This document shows, in pieces, positions 1 to 12,861 of a stretch of 64,000 nt of DNA. The translations under genes and the position numbers were made by a program. Numbering within the stretch: the stretch's first letter is position 1; the number at the start of each line of letters is the position of its first letter. Source of the DNA: Tubiluchus corallicola (taxonomy: Eukaryota; Animalia; Priapulida); contig JAQGDQ010000114.1 in the NCBI GenBank assembly GCA_030141605.1, forward strand, positions 1 to 64,000, given 5' to 3'. Under the pieces are notes generated by a model, which made no database searches, was not told the origin of the DNA, and saw nothing but the letters and a program-made list of their open reading frames with translations.

Positions 1-1425
1 ACACTAAAATAATATTGAGTGCATAATAGATTCCGAATTGGCTGAGCAGTACTGCGTACTGTAACGCAAAACATCAAAGTTGTGTCGATTCAATAGAGAA
101 TTGAGTGCGTAGAAGGATCTTTTGTCCAACCCCGACCCTTCGATTTTCCTACCATAACCCGCAAGTTCTCAGACTGTGTAAGACAATCGCGCAAGTTTAA
201 CCCAAACTATTGAAGCACGACTATTCTCTGTTGATTCAGTAATACTTTGATGTAATAAATTGACCTGTGTGTGTGCAATGTGTCAGTAAAGTGGGATTCA
301 TCCATGGGCCAGATATCTGGTACCACCTCGGAAGCCAAATTCTAGTTGCAATTTTTTGTTTTTATTTGTCCTAGATCATAATTTCTATTATGTCAGACAT
401 TGCGTATTACTGGTAGGCCCGTTTTTTGTGGGACCACCCCCAGAAAACCATGTTAGTGCAAATTTTTAAGTGGCAAGGAAGAAGCTGCACAATGTTGTAA
501 TCATAAGAATAAGTATTAAACGGCGTTTATCACATCCGGAAGACGTTATGCGTTATCCATCTGCGTATTAAAAATCAATAGCAAAAACAGCCGAAAAAAT
601 GACGCGTAGCACACGTCTCATAAACGGGTGCATTGAAAATAATATAGTCATTTTTTGTAACATATATGCATTCCGGATGTTTATTATGCGTCACTTTAAC
701 TTTGTTCAGTATTGTGCTACAAACAATTGTAATCAACTGCATATACTAGAAAGAAATTGAATGGCCCATCAAAATCTAATACCCTAAATGGTCCAAAATC
801 AGAAAGGCCCAAAAACGCATATAATGATACCCTGTTTATTTTTCATAGCTAGCTTTTTCTACTATAAGTTTCTGTCCACACTATGTACTAGTCTCGATAT
901 TGTTATATAAATCCCCATATTAGCGATTATTCAGAGTGGGGCAGTAGTTTGGCAAGAGGCATTTTGTGATGTCACGCCCAAAAACTATGGTTGATTAAAT
1001 ATGTTTGTGTTCAAATAGAGCTTTGTATAATTTAACTACATTCTAACATTATGCAACTTATTCACAAAAGTGCCACATATACATAGCCTTAGTAATTGCT
1101 AGAATAGCATTGTCCCTTCCATTAGTCTTGGAATGCGGAATAAATAGCTTCAATTCTAGCTAAAAATGTTGCTTTTTTAAATTTTTCCTGCTTAAAGCTT
1201 TGCAATTTATGCAATGGCTACTTGTGGTGTACAGTCAGAAACAGGTGATTAGAGATAACAGTTATCTCCAGTCTCCTGTTTCTGACTGACTGTACACCTC
1301 AAGTAGTTACTAATTCTGAATGTTTATAAAGTCAATATGCAAATATTTGGTTAGCCTTCAAGATCTTATATAGGCTATATCTAATTGATGTCAGGTATGT
1401 TTGTCAGTTTAATTTTAAATTTGTT
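1..1425 (+). repeat. Left arm of a ~1.4-kb near-identical inverted repeat (probably continues beyond the window edge)
   Basis: Position n pairs with 12453-n: 1-92 is the reverse complement of 12361-12452, and 1381-1404 of 11049-11072. Spot checks matched and the constant offset implies no net indel. The only mismatches I saw were near the inner end (1405, ~1419). Confidence 0.95.
1218..1306. repeat. ~90-nt near-perfect palindrome/hairpin (MITE-like) inside the inverted-repeat arm; second copy at ~11147-11235
   Basis: CTACTTGTGGTGTACAGTCAGAAACAGG..AGAGATAAC-A-GTTATCTC..CCTGTTTCTGACTG(ACTG)TACACCTCAAGTAG; the arms are complementary apart from a 4-nt indel and a few mismatches. Confidence 0.85.
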
Positions 1426-2441
1426 ATGTAATATGGAACCCGTAAGGTACGGAGCACGTAAGTCGACATTAGAAAAAAAATTTAAATATTTCGAAAAGTA
1501 TTCCGTTGCCTCGCAAAAAGAATTGCGTTTTCTTGTAAAGCGTTCGCAGGTTCGGATTTCGAAATCACGGAAGGATACAAATTACGGACTTTTATTAGGT
1601 ACTAGTGTATCTAAGCCATGGTTACCTTTTCTTGTGTCATTTTGACTAAAAATGACATAAACGCTTCTGAAGACAAATGCAGTTTTTGTAACTCTGTCGG
1701 ATACATATATATATTCAGCATGTGCTGTTTCATCACGAAACAGCATGACATGCGGCTTCTCACAAATGCCTGTGAAGCTAGTGCATGTGACATGACTTAT
1801 GTCTGCAGTTGCGACGCCGCATAAATACTTGACTGAATTTGTAATCGGTTAAATAATTTAACGCTTTGTAATGCCACTCACAGTAAAATTTGTAGTAAAA
1901 GTTACAAATGCAACATTGAAATTCGCAATTTACAAATTTATACAAATCACCCCGAACAAGGCCACTAGGTGTAAGAGACTATCGTAAAAAATGAAAATAT
2001 GAATACGGGTCATAAAAATATAAACTTGTAACTAATTTATTAGTGACAGACAGTAGGCATTAGTGTTCTACTTGTAGCAGGAAGGTGTAAAAGGAGCAAA
2101 CAGATTGATTCTGCTATATCAGAAGCTTTTTTAGATCTTGAGTTAATACGACATGAGCGACTTTTTTGACATGACATGAAGATCTCAGACTGAAGAAGAT
2201 GTTTGATAGTAGAATATTGTGATATCAGAGAATTAGTCTAGGCCCCAACAGGAATGTTCATAAAATCATCAGGATTGCTCATGTTTTCTTTGCCTAGCAC
2301 GATAATACAGGAGATGCCATGAAGAATCATTATATCATTATTGTTGGTTCTAATAAATCTAATACCTCACAGACCCCCCCCCCCCCCAATACACACCAAA
2401 ATAACGTCCAAAATAGTACTTCTTAAGTAATTCTTAGTCAT

Positions 2442-2645
2442 TCTACTAAATATAGTTGTCCGTGTATGTGTATGTACGATAAGAATCATCGTAGTCATGG
2501 GAAGTTTTTGGTCTAATGTCAATTATGTTACCGCCATTCCCTCCCAATTTGGCGGCCAAAACTGCGTACTAAGTGTCCATTTAATGAACTAGATAATATT
2601 TTTGCCGCATATTTTTTAGAGAATCGCTCCGCGGCAGAGAACTAG
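2442..2645 (+). mobile_element. Possible short non-autonomous Helitron-like element
   Basis: Starts TCTACTAAATATAG followed by a GTATGT microsatellite, and ends with GC-rich CTCCGCGGCAGAG then CTAG|T. Confidence 0.3.
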
Positions 2646-4494
2646 TGCACATGCCACGGGCGTACATTCTGCAAATACTGTTTTCACTTGATAGATTACG
2701 TCAAATTTGCTCCGCTCGAAACCAGGTAATTAATTCAGCTAGTCGTTTCATACAACGAATACACGAAACACAAACAAGTCTTACTCAAGGCACAAAAAAT
2801 ATAAAGTGGCTGTTAGAACTGAGAAGTCCCGAGATTTTTCTTAAGTTTCTAAGTTATGCCACCCAACATACACTATTTAATGGCGTTTGGAAACCAGCCA
2901 GCACAGATAAACTGCAAAATATCCAAATTAAGCTCACGCAATACAGAAATTTCCCAACAACTTTTGTTATAAGACAAAGTTATACGTTTACCTGTATAAA
3001 TTTAAGATCTGCGTCGCATATGTCCGATGTACTGTAACATTTTCTGTTGATATTCAATGGGTGTGGCTTTGTCTTGGTTTTCTTTAATGGAAGTAGCTCA
3101 GCCACATCTTCTTTTTCTGGAGACCGATTAGGGCTTCTGATTACATGAGGACCATCTTTCCCATTTTCCAAACAGTTCTTTAGGTTCATCGCTGCTTGTA
3201 TGCTTTCCATTTTGGTTGACTCTGTTTTCTTCTTTTGACTAATGATGTAGTGTTCTATAACTGACAGTTTGACTGCTTAACTGAATTGAGCTGACAACAG
3301 GCGCTTTCCACATGTAGAGTAACTGAAGAAATTTCCTTTTCGAAGAGATCCCAAACAATAAACCGTTTTAAAAATGTGTAATTTTTTCTTTAAATATAGA
3401 AGACCAATACTGTCCACGATACAACTATATTTTTGCAGCAAAATGGGTTTCAGTTACGGTGTCTTATACGTGTGGACAGAAAGATGTGTAGACGGAGAAA
3501 TGGCTTCAGCACTGAGTGTGCGCGAATATCTGTCAAACTGATTTACGGGGGTGTAATTAACTGCGTAGGATGCTAGGAAAACCCACAAACCTCAAGTGTG
3601 AAAAACTGGCGCAACAGAAGACCAGTGTAATTAAGACTATTGCGAGACTGAACGTGTACATAATTTTGGTCGTGTCACTCTTTCCAAAAACGAACAATTT
3701 CATTCTGCTTGGAGGACTCCAGTTGGAGTGCTCACTCACATCTACGCAACGAAACGCTACGTAAAACTTTTGATTCAGAGTTAATGTAACGTTCTTTCGT
3801 GTTGCTGTAAACGTGTGCATTCCAATGTTAATATAGCACTGCCCACATAGAAGTTTGTAGGTTGCCTATTTGTACAGTAACGATTTAACACGTGGGCTAA
3901 GTCGGCTGCAGACCAGGGTCTCTTGGTCCTTGAAGGGCCGTATTAAAATTAAAACAGATTAACTGATTCATACATTAATGAAACAATGAAATAGCATATG
4001 TGTGTATAACGGTCGAAAAAGCGTTTTAATATTTCATGTTAAACGAATTTGATATATATATATATATATATGCGTGTATAAAATAGTGCAATTAGTGTTT
4101 TCGCATTTTTCCTTAGAATGAGTTGATTTATTCCTCACTCAGCATTTCTTGTATTAGTCTTCTATTTCAAGTCCATTTCAAGAAAATCTTTATAAATTAT
4201 GACACTTACACCGTTATAGAAATATATCTTAAACGTTATAATTATACAACCTTGGAAGATACAGAAAAACTGGTAATGTTAAATGACAGGTATAGACAAT
4301 GCAGTACTCTTAAAACTAGCAGAAATGCTCTACTTGGCATAATTGTAAATGCATTAAACAAATACGCACCATCGGTAAAGGCGTGAGCGGTAAAAAAATT
4401 AACAATGAATTTAGACATTTTAACAAGTAATAACCCATAATTCGATGGGATATTAGAATACTAATTTTGACATTTGCAAAAAACTGATAATCAC

Positions 4495-4536
4495 ATATAT
4501 ATATATATATAACCACAATTGTGCTGTGATTATATA

Positions 4537-4578
<42 letters not shown>

Positions 4579-4580
4579 TA
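4495..4580. repeat. (TA)n microsatellite, imperfect
   Basis: Visible TATATA tract. Confidence 0.9.
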
Positions 4581-5046
4581 TACAATATTAAGATTATATT
4601 GTATATTATATACCATATACAATAAAGATTAAGCTTGCATAGTATATGTTCAGATTCACGGTAAGCGACAGAATGGCCCATAGTGTACTTCTGTTCGTAA
4701 ATGTTGATATACTTTTGCGACGTCCTAATAGCAATCTCATATTCATTCTCATTCACATCATTTCATCAACTTAATCCTACTAATTCCCATCTCCTGCACT
4801 CTCTACTATCATTCCATCATTTTTTACTTTCCCTTTTTTGCACCCTAACACCAGCACCAGTAATTGCATTATAGTCACACAAGTAATGCTTCTCACTATA
4901 ATGCAAGCAACAATTATATAGATATCATGCCATGTCAATTTTATTACGAAATTAATGTAACTATGTATACCATATTATCATAATGTATTTTGCTACATTG
5001 TATTGTTGTTTGGTGTTTTCGTAATAAAATAAAAAAATAAAAAATA

Positions 5047-5172
<126 letters not shown>

Positions 5173-7056
5173 AAAGTAATAAAAACATTTTAGAATAATT
5201 TATTGTCATTCTAAATTATTAGTGAAATGATTCACATTAACTTTGCGCCGATGCAGCACGTTGAAAGTTTAGAAACGCTGTTCATATTTCTCACGCCGTG
5301 TAATATTTCTCGAGTTAGATTACTGAATTTGCTTGTCAATAGGCTGCTGTAAATAGAGACTCTTTTCGGTATTTTTAATGCTACTGTCTTTATTCAACTT
5401 TCAAATTTATTTCATAATCAGTTTGTTCTCGTAATGCTGGTAGATGCAGAGCAGGATGAGCATCAGTACACGTATGGGTCATAGCGACTTTTTCGTTTTT
5501 TGAGCCGACGAAGTAGTTGCGGTACATGTCTATAATTCACAGAATGGCGAGAATGCTTAGATAATGTGTGATTTTAGGGCCTCGATGTAGGAAGTGCAAT
5601 AATCAACAGGGCTTACTGCGCAAGACGAATGCGGCAACCATCCAACAATTCTTGGCTAGCTGCCACACATGAATCCAGTGCAGTTTGCTTGGCCTAATAT
5701 TATAACAAAACTGTTCAAGGTAATATTCATTATTCTCAGCGACTAGTATTATACAGTCCCTAATTTGTTATTGCTATATTGTTTGATTAGCAAAATATGC
5801 AACAATTTCGCTATTTGGTCGAAACAATGCTTGATGAGTCTGACCCATTTGTTTTCTCGTTCGTTTGTTTATTTTCCTGTGATCTTTTAACCTACATAAG
5901 GCATAAAAGCATAATGGAACCGTTGCCCTACTATAAAAGCACGCTGTTTTCGCCATTTTTCTTTTACGTAAAGTTTCATTTTCTTTCCTAAACATGAAAA
6001 ATGATAATGTAAAAAAGAAAGTGAACAACAAGTCTGCTCGCTTTGTGGGTTCGCCGTTTGTGAAATGAGCTGCAAATCATGTGATTGTTATTTCTGTTAC
6101 GTCTAGACACACAGTGAAGTCTTATTTGCACATGGGCCTATGAAGAAGTCATGAGTTCTAGTCCGTATCTGGTTTTTGTCATCAGTCTGCAGGTGGGCTT
6201 TATGATTTATTGTACAGCTATTGTAAAAATTTGTAATAGCACTTGTGAAATTTTCCAAAAAACTAATTGACGTTCTCTGCACTAGAACGCGCTTCTTGTC
6301 GTTTTTGTAAACATCTTTAAACCATTCACTGACTTCAAGATTCAAAATCGAATAGGCAAGGCAGAACAGTGCACGACAATGCGTGCTTGGAGCTATTTGT
6401 TCCGTGAATTTTGTTCTCGCGTAATAAGATAAATGGTCGTTTTAATTAAGATTTAAGATAATTAATAATTTATAATCCAACAATTAATAATTTTTTACAG
6501 ATACTTACATTAGTTATTATTGAGACTTACTGAGACTGAGGAGACAAGAAATGGACCACAAATAAAAAATAGCAAGCCAAATTGGACAGTGAGGCTGTAC
6601 AGCAATTAGTCAACATAGCTACAATTATTGTTCATGCAGAGTCAAACTATTAGGTGGCTATAAGGCTGACTTTTAAGCATTAATTTATCATTTTATTAGT
6701 TGAGATTGAAGTGGCTAGACTAAGCAAATAACTACGCAGCAATGTATGAATCAGCGCGAAACGAATATTGTAACCTGCTTAACCGCCAGATGGTACACGT
6801 GTTGCAAATCTAGAGAAAAGGACAGTGGTGGTGGTAGTGGAAGGGGGGGGGGGGGTTGTTGTATGTGTATAACAATTTTAACGTGCGACCTTTTCTCGAC
6901 TTTCCTTTTATATCTTTACTGAACTGCTTGAGATTGCTTTTATTATTTTAACTGCTTTGTCGCATTCTTATAGTTTTTTCGGCAACTTTTTGCGATTCGA
7001 CAAAATTATAATGCTAAAGTAATATGGATAATATTATTTTACAATTTCATTTCTAG

Positions 7057-8514
7057 TTGCTGATGGTGGTTCATGTGGATGGTAGTGCAGAATGTTTTTC
7101 AGTTTTTTGTCCAAGTCCGTATGCCTACGCACGACACGCGGATGTGAAGTCACAACTTAAATACGGAGTTCCAGCAGTGTATGGGCACGACGGCATGAAA
7201 GGCGATGGTAAACCCAAACCACCTGGTCCAAAAGGTCCAACAGGGTACATGACATACGATCCTGTTCCTGGTTATCCGACAAAGAAAAAAAAGACTATTG
7301 AATACGGTGAAAATCGACCTTTAACAGAGAAGCATAAAAGAGGTAAAAGTCGTGCTAACTATGGAAATAAAGGACACGAAGTGAAACAAACAAATTCTTA
7401 TAAGCCAGATTTTGGGAACAAAGAATATGGCGATAAGCGCGAAGAAGAACCTCGTTTCAAGGAAAGTTTGCACGTGGTTGAAAAAATGAATTATTATGAA
7501 AAAGAGCTTGGCAAATTCAGCAGCAATAAAAATAAGTACGACAAAGTGCGGAAAAGCTCTCAAAGTAGGAAACCATATGGAATTCCCTACCCTGTGACCG
7601 ATAAAAGGAAGTATAATGATGATCATGCTAATCCTCCACCCCTCCATACAGCAGATGATATTAGGAACTATGCTGCTGCTAAGGTCCAAGCGCATGCTGA
7701 ACCTCACACCTTTAATAAGCCAGACAAAATTGGTAAAGACATTTACGAGCTGACACATAGCGGTGTTAATAAAAATGCCGGATATGACATTGTGCAAAGG
7801 CACGAAACAAGCGGCATGTCTCCATTTGAATATGTAGAGAAAATGTCACTTAAGCCAGTAAAAGAAAATGTGCCGTACGTTCCACAGCCAAAACATCTGT
7901 CTCACGCATCATATTCAAATACTGAGCATCAAGTTAATGCACATATTTCTCCTCTGTTAAAATCTTCAAAAGTTCCTCACCCTGATATAAAAGATTTAGA
8001 AAAAGCAGCTTATGCCAACGTCCCACATGCAAAATCGCCTGATATTTCCCATTACAAGCCTCAGCATATTAAATATGCAAATCCCGAAGAATTGGAACGT
8101 GCCGCTTTTGCAAATATTCCACACATAAAAACGTCTGGTATTTCACATCCACAACATGCGCTCATTAAATACCCACATCCCAAAGAAGTGGAAGATACTG
8201 TTTATGCACATGCTGGTGTACCTCAAGAAAAAACGCAAGATGTTACGCATCCTAAACCGCCGCCTATTCATTACCCCGATCCCAAAGAACTTGAGCGTGT
8301 TGCGTATGCTAATATCCCGCACACGAAAGCAGAAATGCGATACCCAAATCCCCAGCATTTGGAAAAATCTATCAATGTGCACATTTCTTCGCAAAAAACT
8401 CCACACGTTTCATTCCCTACGGCAAAGCAGCTAGAACAAGCAGCTTATGCTCACGTGCCTAAAAAGGACATTTATGAGGAAGTGGTGAAATTTACCAAAA
8501 GGCAATTATCATAG
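7057..8514 (+). CDS. His/Pro/Tyr/Lys-rich protein, probably secreted, with ~30-aa C-terminal repeats (consensus YPxPKELERAAYANIPH)
   Basis: 485-codon ORF in AT-rich DNA. The N-terminus LLMVVHVDG-SAEC resembles the end of a signal peptide. There are six imperfect repeats in the C-terminal third and an AATAAA at ~8565. An in-frame ATG at 7024 is separated from the ORF by TAG at 7054-7056. Confidence 0.75.
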   Translation: MLMVVHVDGSAECFSVFCPSPYAYARHADVKSQLKYGVPAVYGHDGMKGDGKPKPPGPKGPTGYMTYDPVPGYPTKKKKTIEYGENRPLTEKHKRGKSRANYGNKGHEVKQTNSYKPDFGNKEYGDKREEEPRFKESLHVVEKMNYYEKELGKFSSNKNKYDKVRKSSQSRKPYGIPYPVTDKRKYNDDHANPPPLHTADDIRNYAAAKVQAHAEPHTFNKPDKIGKDIYELTHSGVNKNAGYDIVQRHETSGMSPFEYVEKMSLKPVKENVPYVPQPKHLSHASYSNTEHQVNAHISPLLKSSKVPHPDIKDLEKAAYANVPHAKSPDISHYKPQHIKYANPEELERAAFANIPHIKTSGISHPQHALIKYPHPKEVEDTVYAHAGVPQEKTQDVTHPKPPPIHYPDPKELERVAYANIPHTKAEMRYPNPQHLEKSINVHISSQKTPHVSFPTAKQLEQAAYAHVPKKDIYEEVVKFTKRQLS

Positions 8515-10365
8515 TCCTAAGACAGGCATATGATGGATCTATTTCAAAAGAAGTGTTCTTTCGGTAATAAATGAGATAAATTCGTAACGTAAATCTACGT
8601 TACGACTTTTGGTAAAGTTCTATAGGCCTGCACATCAAGAAAGGAGCGACTGATTTTTACGCGAAGGGTAAATTTTCCGGGTTGGAGGGAGCTGGATAGA
8701 GTGGCTGGTGGCAAATGGGTCAATGTAGCCTGAACGTACGATTCTGACGCGTCTGGTAGAGGCATAAAGGAATAACGTTTGCTAAAAATGCTGATATTGT
8801 AAAGATGATAAAAAAGCATAATACGCATTAAGCACTGATTGCAAAAATACTTAGTGTGTACTTTGAAATAGGGCCTAGATTTCAAACCTGGCCGGGGCCT
8901 ATAAGGAGGTCAGCACGGCTCTGGGACTCAACTCAGTTTCTTGTTTCTTGTCTTTTTAAAGAAATCGTTCATTAGCTTGTTGCCCTGTTTTCACTCAGTT
9001 TGTTGCCCTGACCTTAAATTATCATTTTGGCACGTAGTAGTGTCATTGAAGCATATATTATACTGGTTTAAATAATTTATCGCAGTGATGAAGCTTACTC
9101 TTCCTGCACATTGGTTAAGAAGTGTTGATTTTTTAGCCACCCAATAATTCAATTAATGTACTTTGTTAGTTGTGCAAGATAAACCACGTTCGGTAATAAG
9201 AATAACACATTTATTATATGTTTTTTTTTTATTATGTCTGGCGCGCAAAAGATATTGATTTGTTCTTGTTTAGTAGTTCGGTCTGTTTTTGAACATGAAT
9301 TGAAATTTAAGGTAAAATTGAATAGTTGCCGCCGAAAAACTATATTTTTGCTCACAATAACATGTACTGGAAAAAAAACAACTTTGAAAATCTTGTAAGT
9401 CAATTGTTGGAACCTTTTTGGTTTTGGAAAATAGGATTTTAATTTCTTCATTTGGCTTCCGAAGACGCAATTTTATTTAACTTATTATCTAGGAAATTAT
9501 TTTTAATGAAAATAGCAATGCTACGCAAACATGTGAAGAATGTTTAAATAATTATGTACTCGTACTTTTCTTTAACGTTACACGAGACGTTATGAACAAA
9601 CTACTTTGAACAGTGGTGATGTGTCCAGCAAGACTTATATAAATATAAATAACGATCTAAAGATGATTAGTTTCTTCTGAGGTATCCACCTCTGGCTTAA
9701 CAGACCTGATTTTAAGAAGAGTGAAGTGTTACGTGGGAATTTACAGCTGTTCACGTATTCATGTCACACATTAAACTCTTGATCTAAAAATTCTAAATTA
9801 ATTTGAAGTCTGGTTCGAAGAAGCTCAGTTTATTTATGATGTGAAGACTAAAGAAAGACTAGAGGGTCCACCAACATAGTATTGCAAAGTCGTGTCGTGG
9901 AGGTACACCTAATGATAAAAAACTGTGGTTTGTTTTTCTTAAACGCGATGTTAACACAACTCCACATGTTGAACAAATTACTTTAGACCTATTCTAGAGA
10001 AAAGATTGAAATTGTTTATAATAAACTACTCAGAAGCTTTTATTTGACAATAGGTTCCTACTGGAAGCCAGAAGGTTTCCTAGCAAAACAAGTAATTTTA
10101 AGACCTTGAGAGTTAATAAATAAATGATCTTATTCAACGAGCTGAAGTCGCTACTCTGGATACGGCCTCTCTTTTGTTTTGGGAATGCACAGAGATCTAT
10201 AACAGTTTGCTGCAATAGTAGCCTATTGATATTAAATGATGTAAGTGAAATGCGTGTATGTCCATTGACATCCCATAAACTGTTATTGCGTATACCGTAC
10301 TATCAGTCGGAATTGTTGACACTGGTTTTAATAATGTATTATTTGTATGGCGTGCGATGGTACAA

Positions 10366-10700
10366 AATTGTATGAATTAAAACATCAGTGACGGTCTGTT
10401 CAAAATCTGGTTTGGTCATTTTCAGCTCTCCTTAGCAGTAGTTCTTAAATGTCTTGCATTGAGTTTGAATGGAAATGCTGACCATTAGGCGCGTACTGTA
10501 AATAATTAACTTATGGATTCATCTGACCTAGCTAGCATTAGATTGTCACAAAATTGAATGAACTAAAACATCAGCCAGTCTGTTTAAAATCTGGTTTGGT
10601 CATTTCCAGCTCTTTTTAGCAGTTTTTGGTTAGGTCTTTAGCAGGTCTTGCACTGAGGTTAAATGGCAATGCTGACCATTGGACGTGTAGGTAAATAACT
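10366..10700. repeat. Two diverged tandem copies of a ~185-bp unit
   Basis: AACATCAG..GTCTGTT.AAAATCTGGTTTGGTCATTT.CAGCTCT..TTAGCAGT..AATGCTGACCATT occurs at ~10381 and ~10568. Confidence 0.85.
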
Positions 10701-10750
10701 GTAAAAGAGGACAAAAAGCCCATAAATCTCAAAAAATTCCTTATTTTTTC

Positions 10751-10790
10751 TCCAGACGCTTTCGTCCTCTCGGACTTCATCAGCTGCACA
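10751..10790 (-). ncRNA. Minimal hammerhead-ribozyme-like motif of the Penelope-like-element type (possibly degenerate)
   Basis: The minus strand reads CUGAUGA-A-GUCC-GAGA-GGAC-GAAA-GCGUC: both catalytic core boxes and a 4-bp stem II closed by a GNRA loop. Stem I pairing is poor. Confidence 0.5.
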
Positions 10791-10827
10791 GAAAGATACG
10801 ATAATAAAAATTACATGAAAAACTAAT

Positions 10828-10990
10828 AATAAAATAAGGTGTACAATGTCAGTAAAATAGAGGGTACAAAAGCATGAAGAGGCTGAATTAAAAAATAAGA
10901 AAAAATTACAGATGAAACAATTTATAAAATAAAAGTGTACAATATCAGTAAAATAAAGGGTATAAAAGCATAAAGAGGCTGAATTAAAAA
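10828..10990. repeat. Two tandem copies of an A-rich unit, ~95-bp period
   Basis: GTGTACAAT.TCAGTAAAATA.AGGGTA.AAAAGCAT.AAGAGGCTGAATTAAAAA at ~10839 and ~10935. Confidence 0.85.
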
Positions 10991-11027
10991 CTAAATTAAA
11001 TGAAAAAGTAAAATTACCAACTAAGAA

Positions 11028-12452
11028 AACAAAATTAAAATTAAACTAACAAACATACCTGACATCAATTAGATATAGCCTATATAAGATCTTGAAGGCT
11101 AACCAAATATTTGCATATTGACTTTATAAACATTCAGAATTAGTAACTACTTGAGGTGTACAGTCAGTCAGAAACAGGAGACTGGAGATAACTGTTATCT
11201 CTAATCACCTGTTTCTGACTGTACACCACAAGTAGCCATTGCATAAATTGCAAAGCTTTAAGCAGGAAAAATTTAAAAAAGCAACATTTTTAGCTAGAAT
11301 TGAAGCTATTTATTCCGCATTCCAAGACTAATGGAAGGGACAATGCTATTCTAGCAATTACTAAGGCTATGTATATGTGGCACTTTTGTGAATAAGTTGC
11401 ATAATGTTAGAATGTAGTTAAATTATACAAAGCTCTATTTGAACACAAACATATTTAATCAACCATAGTTTTTGGGCGTGACATCACAAAATGCCTCTTG
11501 CCAAACTACTGCCCCACTCTGAATAATCGCTAATATGGGGATTTATATAACAATATCGAGACTAGTACATAGTGTGGACAGAAACTTATAGTAGAAAAAG
11601 CTAGCTATGAAAAATAAACAGGGTATCATTATATGCGTTTTTGGGCCTTTCTGATTTTGGACCATTTAGGGTATTAGATTTTGATGGGCCATTCAATTTC
11701 TTTCTAGTATATGCAGTTGATTACAATTGTTTGTAGCACAATACTGAACAAAGTTAAAGTGACGCATAATAAACATCCGGAATGCATATATGTTACAAAA
11801 AATGACTATATTATTTTCAATGCACCCGTTTATGAGACGTGTGCTACGCGTCATTTTTTCGGCTGTTTTTGCTATTGATTTTTAATACGCAGATGGATAA
11901 CGCATAACGTCTTCCGGATGTGATAAACGCCGTTTAATACTTATTCTTATGATTACAACATTGTGCAGCTTCTTCCTTGCCACTTAAAAATTTGCACTAA
12001 CATGGTTTTCTGGGGGTGGTCCCACAAAAAACGGGCCTACCAGTAATACGCAATGTCTGACATAATAGAAATTATGATCTAGGACAAATAAAAACAAAAA
12101 ATTGCAACTAGAATTTGGCTTCCGAGGTGGTACCAGATATCTGGCCCATGGATGAATCCCACTTTACTGACACATTGCACACACACAGGTCAATTTATTA
12201 CATCAAAGTATTACTGAATCAACAGAGAATAGTCGTGCTTCAATAGTTTGGGTTAAACTTGCGCGATTGTCTTACACAGTCTGAGAACTTGCGGGTTATG
12301 GTAGGAAAATCGAAGGGTCGGGGTTGGACAAAAGATCCTTCTACGCACTCAATTCTCTATTGAATCGACACAACTTTGATGTTTTGCGTTACAGTACGCA
12401 GTACTGCTCAGCCAATTCGGAATCTATTATGCACTCAATATTATTTTAGTGT
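11028..12452 (-). repeat. Right arm of the ~1.4-kb inverted repeat
   Basis: Reverse complement of 1-1425. Confidence 0.95.
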
Positions 12453-12861
12453 CGAAACTTCCGCATCTCGCAAAGCCTATAATCTTGAGAGGTACGACCA
12501 AATTAAGAGCAGGGCCACATTCAAGATCGTCTAACACATCGACATCTTGCATCTCCTGACCTGTTCGTTGAATATCGATCAATGGTATGTACTCGGATCG
12601 TTTTAGCCTCTACTCTCTCTTTCAAGATATCTCCTACACATATGTTCGGCAGATTTGAGTTTGAGATCCACACTAAATGTTGATAGAGGGCGTGATCATC
12701 AATTGACAGAGCATCACTTTGATGCAGTAAATTATTCCAGTGCTACTACTCCTTGTTGATTTTGTACGGCGCCTTAGCAAAAGCTCATGTTACAGGGCTA
12801 TTTGGCATATAGGGCTATTTGAGAGATAAATTATCATGAAATCTAAATAATTTATACTGTT

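Noticed and set aside
2040-2340. Possible Penelope GIY-YIG remnant on the minus strand
   Set aside because: The similarity is vague and broken by stops, so it cannot be supported without a search.
7321-8434. ORFs overlapping the secreted repeat protein (similar ones overlap CSDE1 and SETD9)
   Set aside because: They are antisense or alternate-frame shadows of real CDSs.
10366-10990. CRISPR-like array
   Set aside because: The DNA is eukaryotic and has only two-copy tandem duplications, with no repeat-spacer structure.
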